A stretch of 64,000 nt of DNA from an uncultured delta proteobacterium. Lineage in GTDB: Bacteria; Desulfobacterota; Binatia; Binatales; Binataceae. Below are positions 8,800-18,893 of this stretch, in pieces (position 1 is the stretch's first letter; each line of letters starts with the position of its first letter). A program made the position numbers and the translations under genes. The DNA lies in the NCBI GenBank assembly GCA_963789115.1, contig CAWBJH010000002.1, positions 174,414 to 238,413 on the forward strand. Direction: 5' to 3'. A model generated the notes under the pieces. The model did not search any database. It was not told the DNA's origin and was given only the letters and a program-made list of their open reading frames with translations.

Positions 8800-11001
8800 A
8801 TGAAAGCCCGCATTCTGTGTATCGTCATGCTCACGCTCTTTTGCGCGTCGTGCGGCGGCAGCTCGGGTGGCGCCCCCCCAACGCCGGTGCGGAACGCGAC
8901 GGTTCAAGTGCCTGGCCTGATGAAGGCGGGACGAATCGCCCCGGCTGTTACGCTCAAATCGGGGGACGTGCTGGTAGTGGGAGGATTCGGATCCCTGGCG
9001 GCCGACTGGCTCGCTTCCGGCGAGGTATATCACCCTCAGACCGACAGCTTTACGCTGGTCGCGAATCAACTGCCAATCGCCGCGCAGAATCTCTGCCTGG
9101 CCGCGCTCAGCGACGGCACGGCGTTGGAGGCGGGTGGGCTCGACAGCAGCGGCAACGCTCTATTGCAGGCCGAGATTTATGATCCCGCGCGCAACCGCTT
9201 CGCGCCCACCAAAGGCGCTATGAATGACGCCCGTTTTGGATGCAGCGCAACCACGCTCCGGGATGGAACCGTGTTGATCGCGGGCGGAGACGTTACCGGC
9301 GGACACACAACCGACACCGCCGAGATTTACGATCCTGCCTCGGGCGCCTTCTCCTACACCAAAGGCAATATGATCACCCCGCACGCGTTTCACGCTGCGG
9401 TCCTGCTCGCCGATGGCAAGGTTTTGCTGGCCGGCGGGCTCAACGGTACAACGGTGCTGGCAAGCGCCGAGCTTTACGATCCGGTGTCGGAAACCTTCAG
9501 CGCCACCGCCGGGCCGCTTAACTCGGCCAGAACGGACTTTGCGGCAATTCTGTTGGGCGACGGCCGCGCGCTTCTGGCAGGTGGCGCGGGTGTTTCCACC
9601 GCCATTGACAGCGCGGAACTGTACGATCCCAGCACCTCGACCTTCAGTTTCACTGCCAACAAGATGAGTATCGCCAGATGGGCTCCGTCCGCCGCGCCGT
9701 TAGCGGACGGAAACGCGATCGTTGGCGCGGGGGACAGTGCTTATCCATACCCGATACCGGAGGAGGCCAGTTTCGATCTGTTCGATGCCTCCACCAACAC
9801 TTTCTCTCCGACCGGCGCGCTTCACATTGCGCGCAAGTCGGCCGCCGCCGTCGTACTGCCCGACGGCTCTCCTCTTATTCTTGGCGGAATCGACGATCAA
9901 GGAGGCAACGGCGGAAATTACGAGCCGAGCGGTGAGATCTACAACCCCACGGCGGGGACGTTCACCGTGACCGGCGGCCTCAACGCTCTCAGGGTGGCAT
10001 ATGCCTCGGCGCTGCTGCCTGACGGCCGCGTCTTGATCGCTGGCGGCGGCAACGAGACTACGGCGCTTGACACGGCCGAAGTGTTCGATCCGAAGACTGG
10101 CCATTTTGCGCCCACCGCCAACAATCTTGCCGTGGAGTGCGCGCCGTGCAACGGGGTTACCCTAAAGGACGGTAAGGTACTGGTCGTAGATGGCAGCAGC
10201 GGCGTTACCGCGCAACTCTTCGATCCGAAAACGATGAGCTTTTCACCCACCTCCGGCCCGATGATCGCCTCGCGCCCCTCGGCGACCGCCACGCTGCTTG
10301 GCGATGGTACAGTGCTGATCGCGGGCGGACTCGACGCGAGCGATAACGCGCTCGACACGGCGGAGCTCTACAGTCCCAAAACAGGGACCTTCACTGCGAC
10401 CAAAGGGACGATGACCTCGCCCCGCGCAAACCACACCGCCACGCTGCTCGCCAACGGCGAAGTGTTGCTCGCCGGTGGAGGCACGAGTTCTAGCGGCGCT
10501 GTCGATACCGCAGAATTGTACGATCCAAAAACCGCAATGTTTACCGCAGTGCCGAATACGATGACCTCGCCGCGTGCGAGCGCAACCGCAAATCGGCTTG
10601 GCGACGGCCGGGTCTTAATTGCCGGCGGCTTCATTCCCAATGGCACCGCGGTTGCCACCGCCGAGTTGTTCGACCCCAAAACCGGCAAGTTCACTCCAAC
10701 CGCGGGCGTGATGAGCAGCGTGAGGGCTTGGCATTCTGCAGTCAACCTGCCCGACGGCCGCGTAATGATCGCGGGCGGTCATATCAATACACCCGTCGTC
10801 TTCGACACAACGACGGCCACAGTGGACTTTTACGATCCTTCAACCGGTCAGTTCCACGCAGGGGTAGCGATGCTCTCGCCGCGCGAGTTATTTACCGCAA
10901 CGTTGCTGCACTCGGGAAAAGTATTGATTCCGGGTGGGCTCATCGAAACCGACACGGTCGGACTGGCGGCGCTGGAGACCGCCGAGGTTTACACACCGTG
11001 A
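8800..11001 (+). CDS. Kelch-repeat lipoprotein, 14 blades, paralogue 2
   Basis: Same length (733 aa) and collinear with 6505-8706; flanking RBS region and 3' tail also duplicated. Confidence 0.9.
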   Translation: MKARILCIVMLTLFCASCGGSSGGAPPTPVRNATVQVPGLMKAGRIAPAVTLKSGDVLVVGGFGSLAADWLASGEVYHPQTDSFTLVANQLPIAAQNLCLAALSDGTALEAGGLDSSGNALLQAEIYDPARNRFAPTKGAMNDARFGCSATTLRDGTVLIAGGDVTGGHTTDTAEIYDPASGAFSYTKGNMITPHAFHAAVLLADGKVLLAGGLNGTTVLASAELYDPVSETFSATAGPLNSARTDFAAILLGDGRALLAGGAGVSTAIDSAELYDPSTSTFSFTANKMSIARWAPSAAPLADGNAIVGAGDSAYPYPIPEEASFDLFDASTNTFSPTGALHIARKSAAAVVLPDGSPLILGGIDDQGGNGGNYEPSGEIYNPTAGTFTVTGGLNALRVAYASALLPDGRVLIAGGGNETTALDTAEVFDPKTGHFAPTANNLAVECAPCNGVTLKDGKVLVVDGSSGVTAQLFDPKTMSFSPTSGPMIASRPSATATLLGDGTVLIAGGLDASDNALDTAELYSPKTGTFTATKGTMTSPRANHTATLLANGEVLLAGGGTSSSGAVDTAELYDPKTAMFTAVPNTMTSPRASATANRLGDGRVLIAGGFIPNGTAVATAELFDPKTGKFTPTAGVMSSVRAWHSAVNLPDGRVMIAGGHINTPVVFDTTTATVDFYDPSTGQFHAGVAMLSPRELFTATLLHSGKVLIPGGLIETDTVGLAALETAEVYTP

Positions 11002-11081
11002 AAGGAGCGACCACAGCAACGTGCCCGTGGCACCGAGGGAGGCCGTCCGGCCTATACGGGAGTTGCAATTGGAGAATCGAA

Positions 11082-12866
11082 ATGGAAATCCCGGCTAATG
11101 ACTGTAGTACTCCAAAGCTTGCCAACAAGTGCTCCCGGCAAAGATTTTCAGCACTCCTCCGTGGCTGCTTTTGCCTTTTGTATCTGTCTTTTGTCGGCTG
11201 CGGCGGAGGGAGCGAGGGCAGTGGGGGAAGCGAGAGCGGTGGAAGTGGCGGTTCCAATCCGCGCCTGATTTTTTCGACCTACCTGGGAGGATCGACGCGG
11301 TGTGAGTCTTGCAGCAGTGCCCGTACCTTCGCTCAGAACGCCGCCATCGACACCCGGGACAACACCTACGTGACAGGCGGCACCAAGGTCTCCGACCTTC
11401 CCGTGCTGAACGCCTGGCAACAGAAACCCTTGGCAGGCAGCACGATGTCGGCTTTCGTGGCGAAGTACGACCCCGCTGGCAACCTGCTCTGGTGCACGTA
11501 CTTGGGCGGCAACAACGAGAGTCTGGGCATAGGGGTTGCTGCCATGCCGGATGGCGGAGTTGCCGTCGCGGGCTTGACAACCTCGGATGCATCGGGACCG
11601 TTCCCTACCATGAACGCCTTCCAGGAGAGAAACAACGGACAGTCGGATTACTTCGTCACCGTATTCGATACGGGCGGCAAAATGAAGTACTCGACGTACC
11701 TAGGCGGGAGCGGCGTGGAGGGAACGCCGGGAGTAACCTTTACCGATGACAACAATAGCGGCAACAACATTGCCGTAGACGCCCGGGCCTTGGTGTATCT
11801 CACGGGGGCAACCAACTCGGGCGGCGGCGGCGAGGCGATCCCATTCCCAGTGACGCAGCATGCCATCCAGCCCAAACTTGGCGGTTCAACGGATGCCCTT
11901 CTGAGCATCATCGACCCCCGCAAGAGCGGCCCATCCTCGCTGGTCTACTCAAGCTTCCTTGGTGGGAAAAAAGAAGAAAAAGGGCACGCCGTCGCGGTGA
12001 ACGCCGACGGCCATAACATCACTGTGGTAGGTTACACCAAGTCCTCAAACTTTCCTACCACCACCAACGCTTACCGAAGTCATCCGGCGCCATCAGGCTA
12101 CATTAGTAACGGCTTTGTAACGCAGTTCACGTCAAGTCTACCCGGTGATTCATCCTCGCAATATACGACACGTTACTCCACCTACCTGGGCGCTGACGCA
12201 AAGGACGCCCGGGATGACACATACGCCGTAGCTCTGGATCCAAAGGAACTCATTGTAGCCACAGGTCGTACCATGTCGGCTGATTTTCCGATGACCGGAC
12301 CGGACCTACCCAGCATTTACAACAGCGCCCCCTATCTCAGGCCAGGCAAGTCCGGAGATGAGCCCTACGTGGTGAAGATCGATCCTTCCTTAACAGGCGA
12401 GGCATCACTCGTCTACTCTACTTTCCTGGGAGGTGGATCGCCCACCGATGGAGGTGAGACCGCCTTCTGCACCAGCGTGGCCGTCGATTCGAGCGGTAGG
12501 ACCTATGTTGGCGGGGAGACCTCTTCTTTAGGGGTAGAATACACCCCTTCCAGCGTTCCAGTTGAGGCACCATCCCTGTTTCCTTACACCAAAGACGCAC
12601 TATTCCCGGCTCTCCAGGGAGAGTTTGACGCCGTACTTATGCAAATCAGCCGAGACGGTGTCACGTTAGACTACTCCACGTTCTTCGGCGGGAAGGAAAA
12701 CGACCGCACCTATGGACTGGCCGTCAACCCCTTTGGCAATGTAGTCTTGACAGGACTTACCTACTCTTCTGATTTCCCGCTGAAGCATGCGGCACAAAGG
12801 TGGCCCCGCAACACAGGTCAGTCGAACGCCTTCGTGGCAAGATTTTCTTCTCTCGACCACCAGTAG
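11082..12866 (+). CDS. SBBP-repeat beta-propeller putative lipoprotein
   Basis: GGAG RBS and ATG 11082; FVGC lipobox then Gly/Ser linker; repeated YSTYLGG / G-x-T-x-S-x-D-F-P units. Confidence 0.8.
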   Translation: MEIPANDCSTPKLANKCSRQRFSALLRGCFCLLYLSFVGCGGGSEGSGGSESGGSGGSNPRLIFSTYLGGSTRCESCSSARTFAQNAAIDTRDNTYVTGGTKVSDLPVLNAWQQKPLAGSTMSAFVAKYDPAGNLLWCTYLGGNNESLGIGVAAMPDGGVAVAGLTTSDASGPFPTMNAFQERNNGQSDYFVTVFDTGGKMKYSTYLGGSGVEGTPGVTFTDDNNSGNNIAVDARALVYLTGATNSGGGGEAIPFPVTQHAIQPKLGGSTDALLSIIDPRKSGPSSLVYSSFLGGKKEEKGHAVAVNADGHNITVVGYTKSSNFPTTTNAYRSHPAPSGYISNGFVTQFTSSLPGDSSSQYTTRYSTYLGADAKDARDDTYAVALDPKELIVATGRTMSADFPMTGPDLPSIYNSAPYLRPGKSGDEPYVVKIDPSLTGEASLVYSTFLGGGSPTDGGETAFCTSVAVDSSGRTYVGGETSSLGVEYTPSSVPVEAPSLFPYTKDALFPALQGEFDAVLMQISRDGVTLDYSTFFGGKENDRTYGLAVNPFGNVVLTGLTYSSDFPLKHAAQRWPRNTGQSNAFVARFSSLDHQ

Positions 12867-13005
12867 CCTCACTAACTCGGGCACCGTTACCTCATCCGGT
12901 AGCGTCCAGACTTTTTCGCACTTTCGATCTAAAATGATCGACCTTTGCCTCTGCTGGCGCTGTGGGCCACTTCAGCCGGAAGACAATTGCCGGATTTTTG
13001 GAGGG

Positions 13006-13839
13006 TCAGAGCCCGCTGGCGAATTCTTCGATCAATCTTGCCAGCTCATCGGGACGCTCGAGCGGGAGATGGTGATGCGCGCCGGCGATCACTTTGAGCC
13101 GCGCGTGGGGATTCGATTCCACCGCGCGCTGCGCGCCCTCGGCGGTCATGATGCGGCTGCGCTCGCCGCGGATCAGGAGCAGCGGGACGCGCACTGAGCG
13201 GATCGCGCTCAGCACATCGAGTCCGTCGCTGCCGAAGAAACTCTCGCGATCGAACTTGAGCGTGTAACGCCCTTCCTCGGTGCGCGCAAGGCTTCGCTCG
13301 GCTATCTCGGCCAGGATCGTGTGCGGAATGTCTCCTTCGGAGGGAACCAGGCGAAACCGCTTCCTGGCGGTCTCCAGGTCCGGGTACATCACGGTCGGCA
13401 GCGCCTTGAGCCGGCGCAGGTAGCGGTCGCGTTTGTCGCTCGAGGTCACCGCCAGGTCGATCGCAACTGCGGCGCGTGCGTGCGCGGCGAAGCGCTCGGC
13501 AAAGGCGACCACGTTGATGCCGCCCATGCTGTGGCCGACCACGATCGGGCGCTCGAGTCCGCACTCCTCGATGAATCGCGCGATGTCATCGGCGTAATCC
13601 GCCGGGCTGTAGGCTGCGGGCCGTACCCATTCGCTGTCGCCGTGACCGCGCTGATCGACAGCTATCATCCTGTACCGCGACGGCATCAGCACGGCCATCC
13701 GTTTCCACCACCACGCGTTGGCGGAATTGCCGTGCACCAGGACGATCGTTTCGGCGCCCTCGGGGTTCCATTCCAGGTAGTGAAGGCGGGGCGTTCCCGC
13801 CATAAAGCGGCTGGCGGGTTGACTGCGAGAGCCGCTCAC
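13006..13839 (-). CDS. Alpha/beta hydrolase
   Basis: HGNS, DQRGHGDS, GHSMGG nucleophile elbow, C-terminal His; GTGA overlap with the upstream paralogue. Confidence 0.85.
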   Translation of the reverse strand: MSGSRSQPASRFMAGTPRLHYLEWNPEGAETIVLVHGNSANAWWWKRMAVLMPSRYRMIAVDQRGHGDSEWVRPAAYSPADYADDIARFIEECGLERPIVVGHSMGGINVVAFAERFAAHARAAVAIDLAVTSSDKRDRYLRRLKALPTVMYPDLETARKRFRLVPSEGDIPHTILAEIAERSLARTEEGRYTLKFDRESFFGSDGLDVLSAIRSVRVPLLLIRGERSRIMTAEGAQRAVESNPHARLKVIAGAHHHLPLERPDELARLIEEFASGL

Positions 13840-14666
13840 GAACGGCCCCTCCCAAGGGTTGAAATGTACTGCTTCAAGGCCGCGACAAACCCCTGCGGAT
13901 TGTCGAGCATCACGTGATGGTACGAATCGCCGACCTCGACCAGCCGGCCGTGGGGCAGCGTCTGTGCCATCCGGCGCGCGGTGTCGCGATCGAGCAGCGG
14001 GCTCTGGCTGACCTTCACGATCAGGACTGGGCATCTGATTTGCGGCAGCACCGCCCATACGTCGAGCGGCTCCCGGACCATCGTGCGGCGGTCGACCTTG
14101 TGGACCCATTTGCCGTCGCCGTCGCGTCGGAAGCTGAACCCCGCAACATGCCTCAAGACTTCAGGCGCCGCCTTGGTCTCACTCGGCAGCAGGCGGAAGT
14201 TGGCGCACGCCTCCTCGAGCGAGTCGAAACGGCGCGCCGGCCGTTCGCCGACCGCGCGCAGGAAATCCACTGCGTGCTGCGGGTAGTCGGGAGTGCTATC
14301 GACCGCCACCGCGGCACGAAGCTGCTCGCTGTGGGCGGCGGCGTAGAGCAACGCGTTGTGCCCGCCCATCGAATGGCCGACGATAATCGGCGCGCCGCGG
14401 CCCCATCCCTCGATTAGCGCCTCCAGGTCGGCGACGTAATGGCGCGAGCCATACGCCCATTCATCCGCCCACGCGCTGTCGCCGTGTCCGCGCTGGTCGA
14501 GGGCGAGCGCGTGGAACTCTCCGGCCAAGGCCGGGCCGACGAAGTCCCACCAATGAGCGTGGGCCGAGCCGCCGTGCAGAAACAGGATTGGCGGCTTACC
14601 GGTGCCGCCGTAATCCAGGCAATTCAACTCCAGGCCGGCACCCTTGAAGCGTCGTGATCCCGCCAT
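13836..14666 (-). CDS. Alpha/beta hydrolase
   Basis: HGGSAH, DQRGHGDS, GHSMGG, YHHVMLD; ATG 14666. Confidence 0.85.
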   Translation of the reverse strand: MAGSRRFKGAGLELNCLDYGGTGKPPILFLHGGSAHAHWWDFVGPALAGEFHALALDQRGHGDSAWADEWAYGSRHYVADLEALIEGWGRGAPIIVGHSMGGHNALLYAAAHSEQLRAAVAVDSTPDYPQHAVDFLRAVGERPARRFDSLEEACANFRLLPSETKAAPEVLRHVAGFSFRRDGDGKWVHKVDRRTMVREPLDVWAVLPQIRCPVLIVKVSQSPLLDRDTARRMAQTLPHGRLVEVGDSYHHVMLDNPQGFVAALKQYISTLGRGRS

Positions 14667-14781
14667 CGTCCCATTTATCGGGACGCGCCCGGCAACCTGA
14701 CGGGGCCGGCGAGTCGCGGCGGGTCGTCTTTGCAAGCCGAAGGTTCCATGCCACCATCTTAACTGATCTCGACGAACTGTT

Positions 14782-15356
14782 ATGCAGAACCGGCGCCTTT
14801 TATCAGCAGTGAAAGTGAAAACTGTGATCGCCCTGCTCGGCATCATGGCCATCAGCCTTGCCGGCGCCCGGGCCAGGATGGAGAGCGAGCCAAGGCGCGC
14901 GCCCTGGTCGACGCCGCGATCAAGATGACCGACAGTGACCAGGCGGTCAAGTTGCTCTGGCAGGCGAGCGATATCGATCCGACCCTCAACGACGCGTACG
15001 TCTATCTCGGACTGTATTACAACTCGCGCGGGGATTTCGCGAAGGTCGCGGAGGTCTACAAGAAGCTCATCAAGTACCAGCCGCGCGAGCTGAGCGCATA
15101 CCTGAACGTCGGCGAGGCCTACATGTCGTTCTCGCCGCCCAAGTACGACGACGCGCTGACCTACTATAAGAAGGCTTACGAGCTGGATCCCGGTTCGTCG
15201 TTCGCGGCGCTGAGGCTCGGCGAGATCCTCGCCCAGCAGGGCAATCGCGCCGATGCTATCCGCTACCTCAAGCAGGCCGGCGCCGACACCGCCAAGAACC
15301 CGGCCATCGCGAGCGAGGCGCAGAAAATCCTCAATCAGATCGGCGGCGCGTCCTAG
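14782..15356 (+). CDS. Secreted TPR protein with a 1-nt frameshift near 14872
   Basis: Signal-peptide frame (VIALLGIMAISLAGARA) shifts into the TPR frame (DGERAKARALVDAAIKMTDS...AYVYLG...AYLNVG). Confidence 0.65.
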
Positions 15357-15414
15357 CAGGGTGCGGAGAGCGATCCAAGACATTTCCTCGATTGGCCACG
15401 GCCGGCGGCGCAAC

Positions 15415-16095
15415 TTACGCCAGCAGCACCGCTACGATTCCGGTCAGGAAGATCCCGTCAAACGTTCCTGCGCCGCCGATTGATGCGACCGGAGCCCCGA
15501 GGTCGCGGATCTTACGCAGGTTCACCAGGTCGGCGCCGATCAACGTGCCGAGCACGCCGCTGATGTAGGCAATCGGGCCCGCGTAATGATGAATTCCGCC
15601 GGCCAGGAAGACGCCGGCCAGCGCCGCCACGATCGGCGGGATGAACATCGGGGTCGCAATCCCGAGTCCGCGCACCGGCCGGGCGAAGCGATGGACGATG
15701 AGAGCGACGATCGCGGTCGCGAGGATCGCGGGCCACACTACCCCCGGCTGACTCACCATCACGTAAACCGAGATCAGCACCGGCACGATTGCGCCACCCA
15801 CGTTAATCGCGACGGTCGTGGCCGTGCCGCCGACATGGATCGGCACCCGGTAGCGCACGCCGAAGCTGGAGACGATCTCGGCAGCGTGCGCCTAGCCGCC
15901 CTCGATCCGGCCGACCGGGATGTTGACGTAGCTCCCGAGCAGGCTCACCAGCAGGGCGAGAAACGCCAGCTCGGGAGGCAATCCGATCGCCTGGAAGGCG
16001 TAGTTGATGACGTGGATCTCGACCAGGACGAACAGAAACGCCAGCGCGACGAAGAAGACTATGACGTAGACCAGCAGGAACGGCGCGAACAGCAT
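15415..16095 (-). pseudogene. DUF1614-like membrane protein with an in-frame TAG at 15892-15894
   Basis: LLGSYVNIPV...GG*AHAAEIVSSFGVRY...AINVGGAIVP...GTLIGADL...SIGGAGTFDGIFL all in one frame. Confidence 0.75.
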
Positions 16096-16186
16096 GCGGC
16101 GATGATACCATCGCGAAACCAACCGGCACACTCGCGCGCGGGCATCTTGTGCACAGCGATGCCATCGGATTAAATCGCGCCCAGCC

Positions 16187-16747
16187 ATGAACCCGGATGA
16201 GCGCGCCGAACTGCTGAGACTGCTCGCCCGCGAGTCTTACATCGAGCGCGAATTGACCCTCGCCTCAGGCCGCTCCTCCAATTACTACGTGGACGCCAAG
16301 CGCACGCTGTTCATCCCGCGCGGCGCCTACCTGGCGGGCGAGCTGATGCTGGAGCTGGTGGAGGCCGACAACATCGAGCAGATCGGCGGGATGGCGGCCG
16401 GCGCGATTCCGATCACCGACGCGATCATCGCCGCGGCCCATCGCCGCGCCCCGAGCTTGCGGGGATTCTTCGTGCGCAAGGAGGCCAAAGCGCACGGCAC
16501 CCAGCAACGTATCGAAGGCGCGTTCGCCAAAGAGCGGCTCACCGCGGTGATCGACGATACCATCACCACCGGCGGCTCGAGCCTGGACGCGGTTGCGGCG
16601 CTGCGCGCCGCCGGAGCGCGCGTGGTCGCGGCCTTCGCGCTGGTCGATCGCGACGAGGGCGCGCGCGAAGCCTTTGCGCGCCAGCAGCTCCGCTACCGCT
16701 GGCTGTTCACCTCCGAAGAAGTGCGAGCCGCAGCGCGCGCGGGATGA
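16187..16747 (+). CDS. pyrE: Orotate phosphoribosyltransferase
   Basis: LASGRSSNYYVD, RKEAKAHG, VIDDTITTGGS PRPP loop. Confidence 0.93.
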   Translation: MNPDERAELLRLLARESYIERELTLASGRSSNYYVDAKRTLFIPRGAYLAGELMLELVEADNIEQIGGMAAGAIPITDAIIAAAHRRAPSLRGFFVRKEAKAHGTQQRIEGAFAKERLTAVIDDTITTGGSSLDAVAALRAAGARVVAAFALVDRDEGAREAFARQQLRYRWLFTSEEVRAAARAG

Positions 16748-16845
16748 GGCGACGACAAGGGTGACAGAACCTGCCTCGCGCGCGCCTCGTAACCCTGTCC
16801 CTGACCAGAGCGTGGTTAACGAGCGAGAGCCGCCTCTTTCTTCCC

Positions 16846-16865
16846 CTCTCCCTGACCAGGGAGAG
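16846..16865. repeat. REP-like palindrome
   Basis: CTCTCCCTGACCAGGGAGAG identical to 6226-6245; partial copy at 16793-16808. Confidence 0.6.
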
Positions 16866-16979
16866 GTCGGCGTGCAGTGCGAACCGGCAGGATAGGTAAC
16901 AGAATATACCGGCAGGATGGGTAACAGATTAAATGTCGCGGAGCCATCGCGCTTTGTTCAGGCCGCGCCACTGAATGAC

Positions 16980-17840
16980 ATGACACTCTCCGGCCGCACG
17001 CTCATCACCGCGATTTTCGGCGATCCGGTCGAACACACGCTCTCGCCGGCGATGCACAACGCCGCGTACGCGGCGCTTGGGATGGATCGCGCGTACCTCG
17101 CCTTCCAGGTCCAGCCCAACGGCCTCGAAGCCGCCCTACGCGCCATCCCCGCGCTCGGCATCGCCGGCGTGAACCTGACCGTCCCGCACAAGGAAGCCGC
17201 GGCCCGGATGCTCCCGCAGCTCAGCGCCGAGGCGAAGATCCTCGGGGCGGTGAATTGCGTCGTGAATCGGCGCGGCGCGCTGTCCGGCGACAACACCGAC
17301 GCGCGCGGCCTGGAACGCGACCTGCGCAAGCTCAAGGTGAGCCTCGGCGGCGATCTTGCGATCGTGATCGGCGCCGGAGGCGGCGGCGCGGCCGCGGTGC
17401 TGGCCTGCGCGCGGCTCGGCGCGGCGCGCATCGTCCTTGCCAACCGCACGATGAAGCGCGCGCTCGCGCTCGGTAGCCGGCTCTCGGCGCATCACGCGAT
17501 GCGCGGGAAGATCGAGGTGCGCGGCCTTGACGCGCTGCTCGATCGCGCGCTGCTGGCGCGCGCCGCGCTGGTGATCAACGCCACCTCGATGGGCCTCAAG
17601 TCGCGCGGCTTCGTGCCGCTCAGGTACGAAGCGACGCCCGCGGCGTGCTTCTTCTACGATCTGCTTTACGCAGCACGCCCGACTGCCTTCCTCAAGGCCG
17701 CGCTGAGAGCGCAGCGGCAGGCATCGGACGGCGCCGGGATGCTGCTTTATCAGGCGGCACTGGGCTTCAGGCTTTTCAATCGCGCCGCGCCGCCGGTCGA
17801 GGCGATGCGCCGCGTGCTGATGGAGGCGCTGGGCCGGTAA
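16980..17840 (+). CDS. aroE: Shikimate dehydrogenase
   Basis: GDPVEHTLSP, NLTVPHK, GAVNC, GDNTD, GAGG, NRT, INATSMG. Confidence 0.93.
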   Translation: MTLSGRTLITAIFGDPVEHTLSPAMHNAAYAALGMDRAYLAFQVQPNGLEAALRAIPALGIAGVNLTVPHKEAAARMLPQLSAEAKILGAVNCVVNRRGALSGDNTDARGLERDLRKLKVSLGGDLAIVIGAGGGGAAAVLACARLGAARIVLANRTMKRALALGSRLSAHHAMRGKIEVRGLDALLDRALLARAALVINATSMGLKSRGFVPLRYEATPAACFFYDLLYAARPTAFLKAALRAQRQASDGAGMLLYQAALGFRLFNRAAPPVEAMRRVLMEALGR

Positions 17841-17872
17841 GCGGACGCTGTCGAAGATAGGATCGAAGTCTA

Positions 17873-18334
17873 TTACCGCCGTCCACTCCACTCGGCTCTG
17901 CCGAACCACTCAACGCGCAGCCGGAGCGCGGCGGCGGCCGCGGCGAAGGTATCGTCCGCAGTGGCGGTCGCATCCGCACCAATGGCGGTCGCGATCGCCA
18001 GATGGAGCGCGTCGAGCGTCCTGAGCGGAACCGCGTTGAGACGGGCCAGAAGAGCACTAGCGCCTATGGCGTGCCGATCCTCCAGGGGATGCACCTCGAG
18101 AAATCCTTGCGCTACATCGTCTTCGAAGGCTGCTACCGCTCTGCGCTCCGCGCCGGCATCGATGTCTCGGTTCCGGCGGCGGCGGCCCAGAAGGCAACGC
18201 AACTCGACCATAGTGAGGCGGCTGATCGATACTGACACCATGCGTCCAAGGAAGCGGTCGAATTCGTCCGACCCGGCTTCGCGCAGATATCGCTTGGCCA
18301 AGGCGCTCGTGTCGATGTAGGTGGAGCTGCTCAG
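17873..18334 (-). CDS. vapC: VapC-like PIN-domain toxin, start uncertain (CTG overlapping the upstream TGA)
   Basis: YIDTSALAKRY, E in helix 2, LRTLDALHLA, TADD PIN acidic residues. Confidence 0.85.
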   Translation of the reverse strand: MSSSTYIDTSALAKRYLREAGSDEFDRFLGRMVSVSISRLTMVELRCLLGRRRRNRDIDAGAERRAVAAFEDDVAQGFLEVHPLEDRHAIGASALLARLNAVPLRTLDALHLAIATAIGADATATADDTFAAAAAALRLRVEWFGRAEWSGRR

Positions 18335-18750
18335 CGCAATTCTCGATCCTGGCGAATCAGTACTTCGCTCGGAACCCTTAGTCTCGGCATCGAGGCGCGC
18401 AACTCGGCTCGTGAGGGGATGCGACGATGGCGCGCAGCAGCCGCGCCCGCTCGCGGTCCGGCGTGCGGGCGAGACTCTTTTGCGCGCGGTCGGCGGTCAT
18501 GACCTTCCAAAGAAGCGTGGAGCTCATCGAGCGTATAGTAGTCGCCGCGGCGGATTTCCTCGCGGCCTTTGCGGATGCCTTCGAGCTCCGCCCTGGTAAG
18601 CGTGTAGCTCGGCAGGCTGCGCGCCGTACCGAAATACACCCTGAGCGCCTCGCGCATCAGTTCGCTTTTCGTGCGGTGCTCGCGCCGACAGGCGTCCTCG
18701 ATCTGGCGGGTCATTGCTTGGGGGAGTGAGAGCGTGATCGTGTCTCGCAT
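18331..18750 (-). CDS. RHH/CopG antitoxin apparently fused to a Phd/VapB-like C-terminal tail
   Basis: ITLSLP...TKSELMREALR RHH N-terminus; tail IPSRAELRASMPRLRVPSEVLIRQDRELR. Confidence 0.65.
   Translation of the reverse strand: MRDTITLSLPQAMTRQIEDACRREHRTKSELMREALRVYFGTARSLPSYTLTRAELEGIRKGREEIRRGDYYTLDELHASLEGHDRRPRAKESRPHAGPRAGAAAARHRRIPSRAELRASMPRLRVPSEVLIRQDRELR
18378..18527 (-). pseudogene. Truncated RelE/ParE-like toxin
   Basis: MSSTLLWKVMTADRAQKSLARTPDRERARLLRAI resembles a RelE N-terminus; resemblance ends near 18420. Confidence 0.55.
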
Positions 18751-18893
18751 TGTGGTTCATTGTAAGACAAAGAAAAGATCCGTCAAGTGCCGGGACCCGC
18801 GGCGACGCAAAGCACGTTCCATCACCTCTCCCGCGCCCGCAAGCGCTGAAAAGAACCGGCGCGGAGGCCGGCGCTACGCAAAAGAAGAATGCT

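Noticed and set aside
6505-11001. Diversity-generating retroelement TR/VR pair in the Kelch duplicates
   Set aside because: Differences are not adenine-specific, include indels and span both full genes; no reverse transcriptase is in the window
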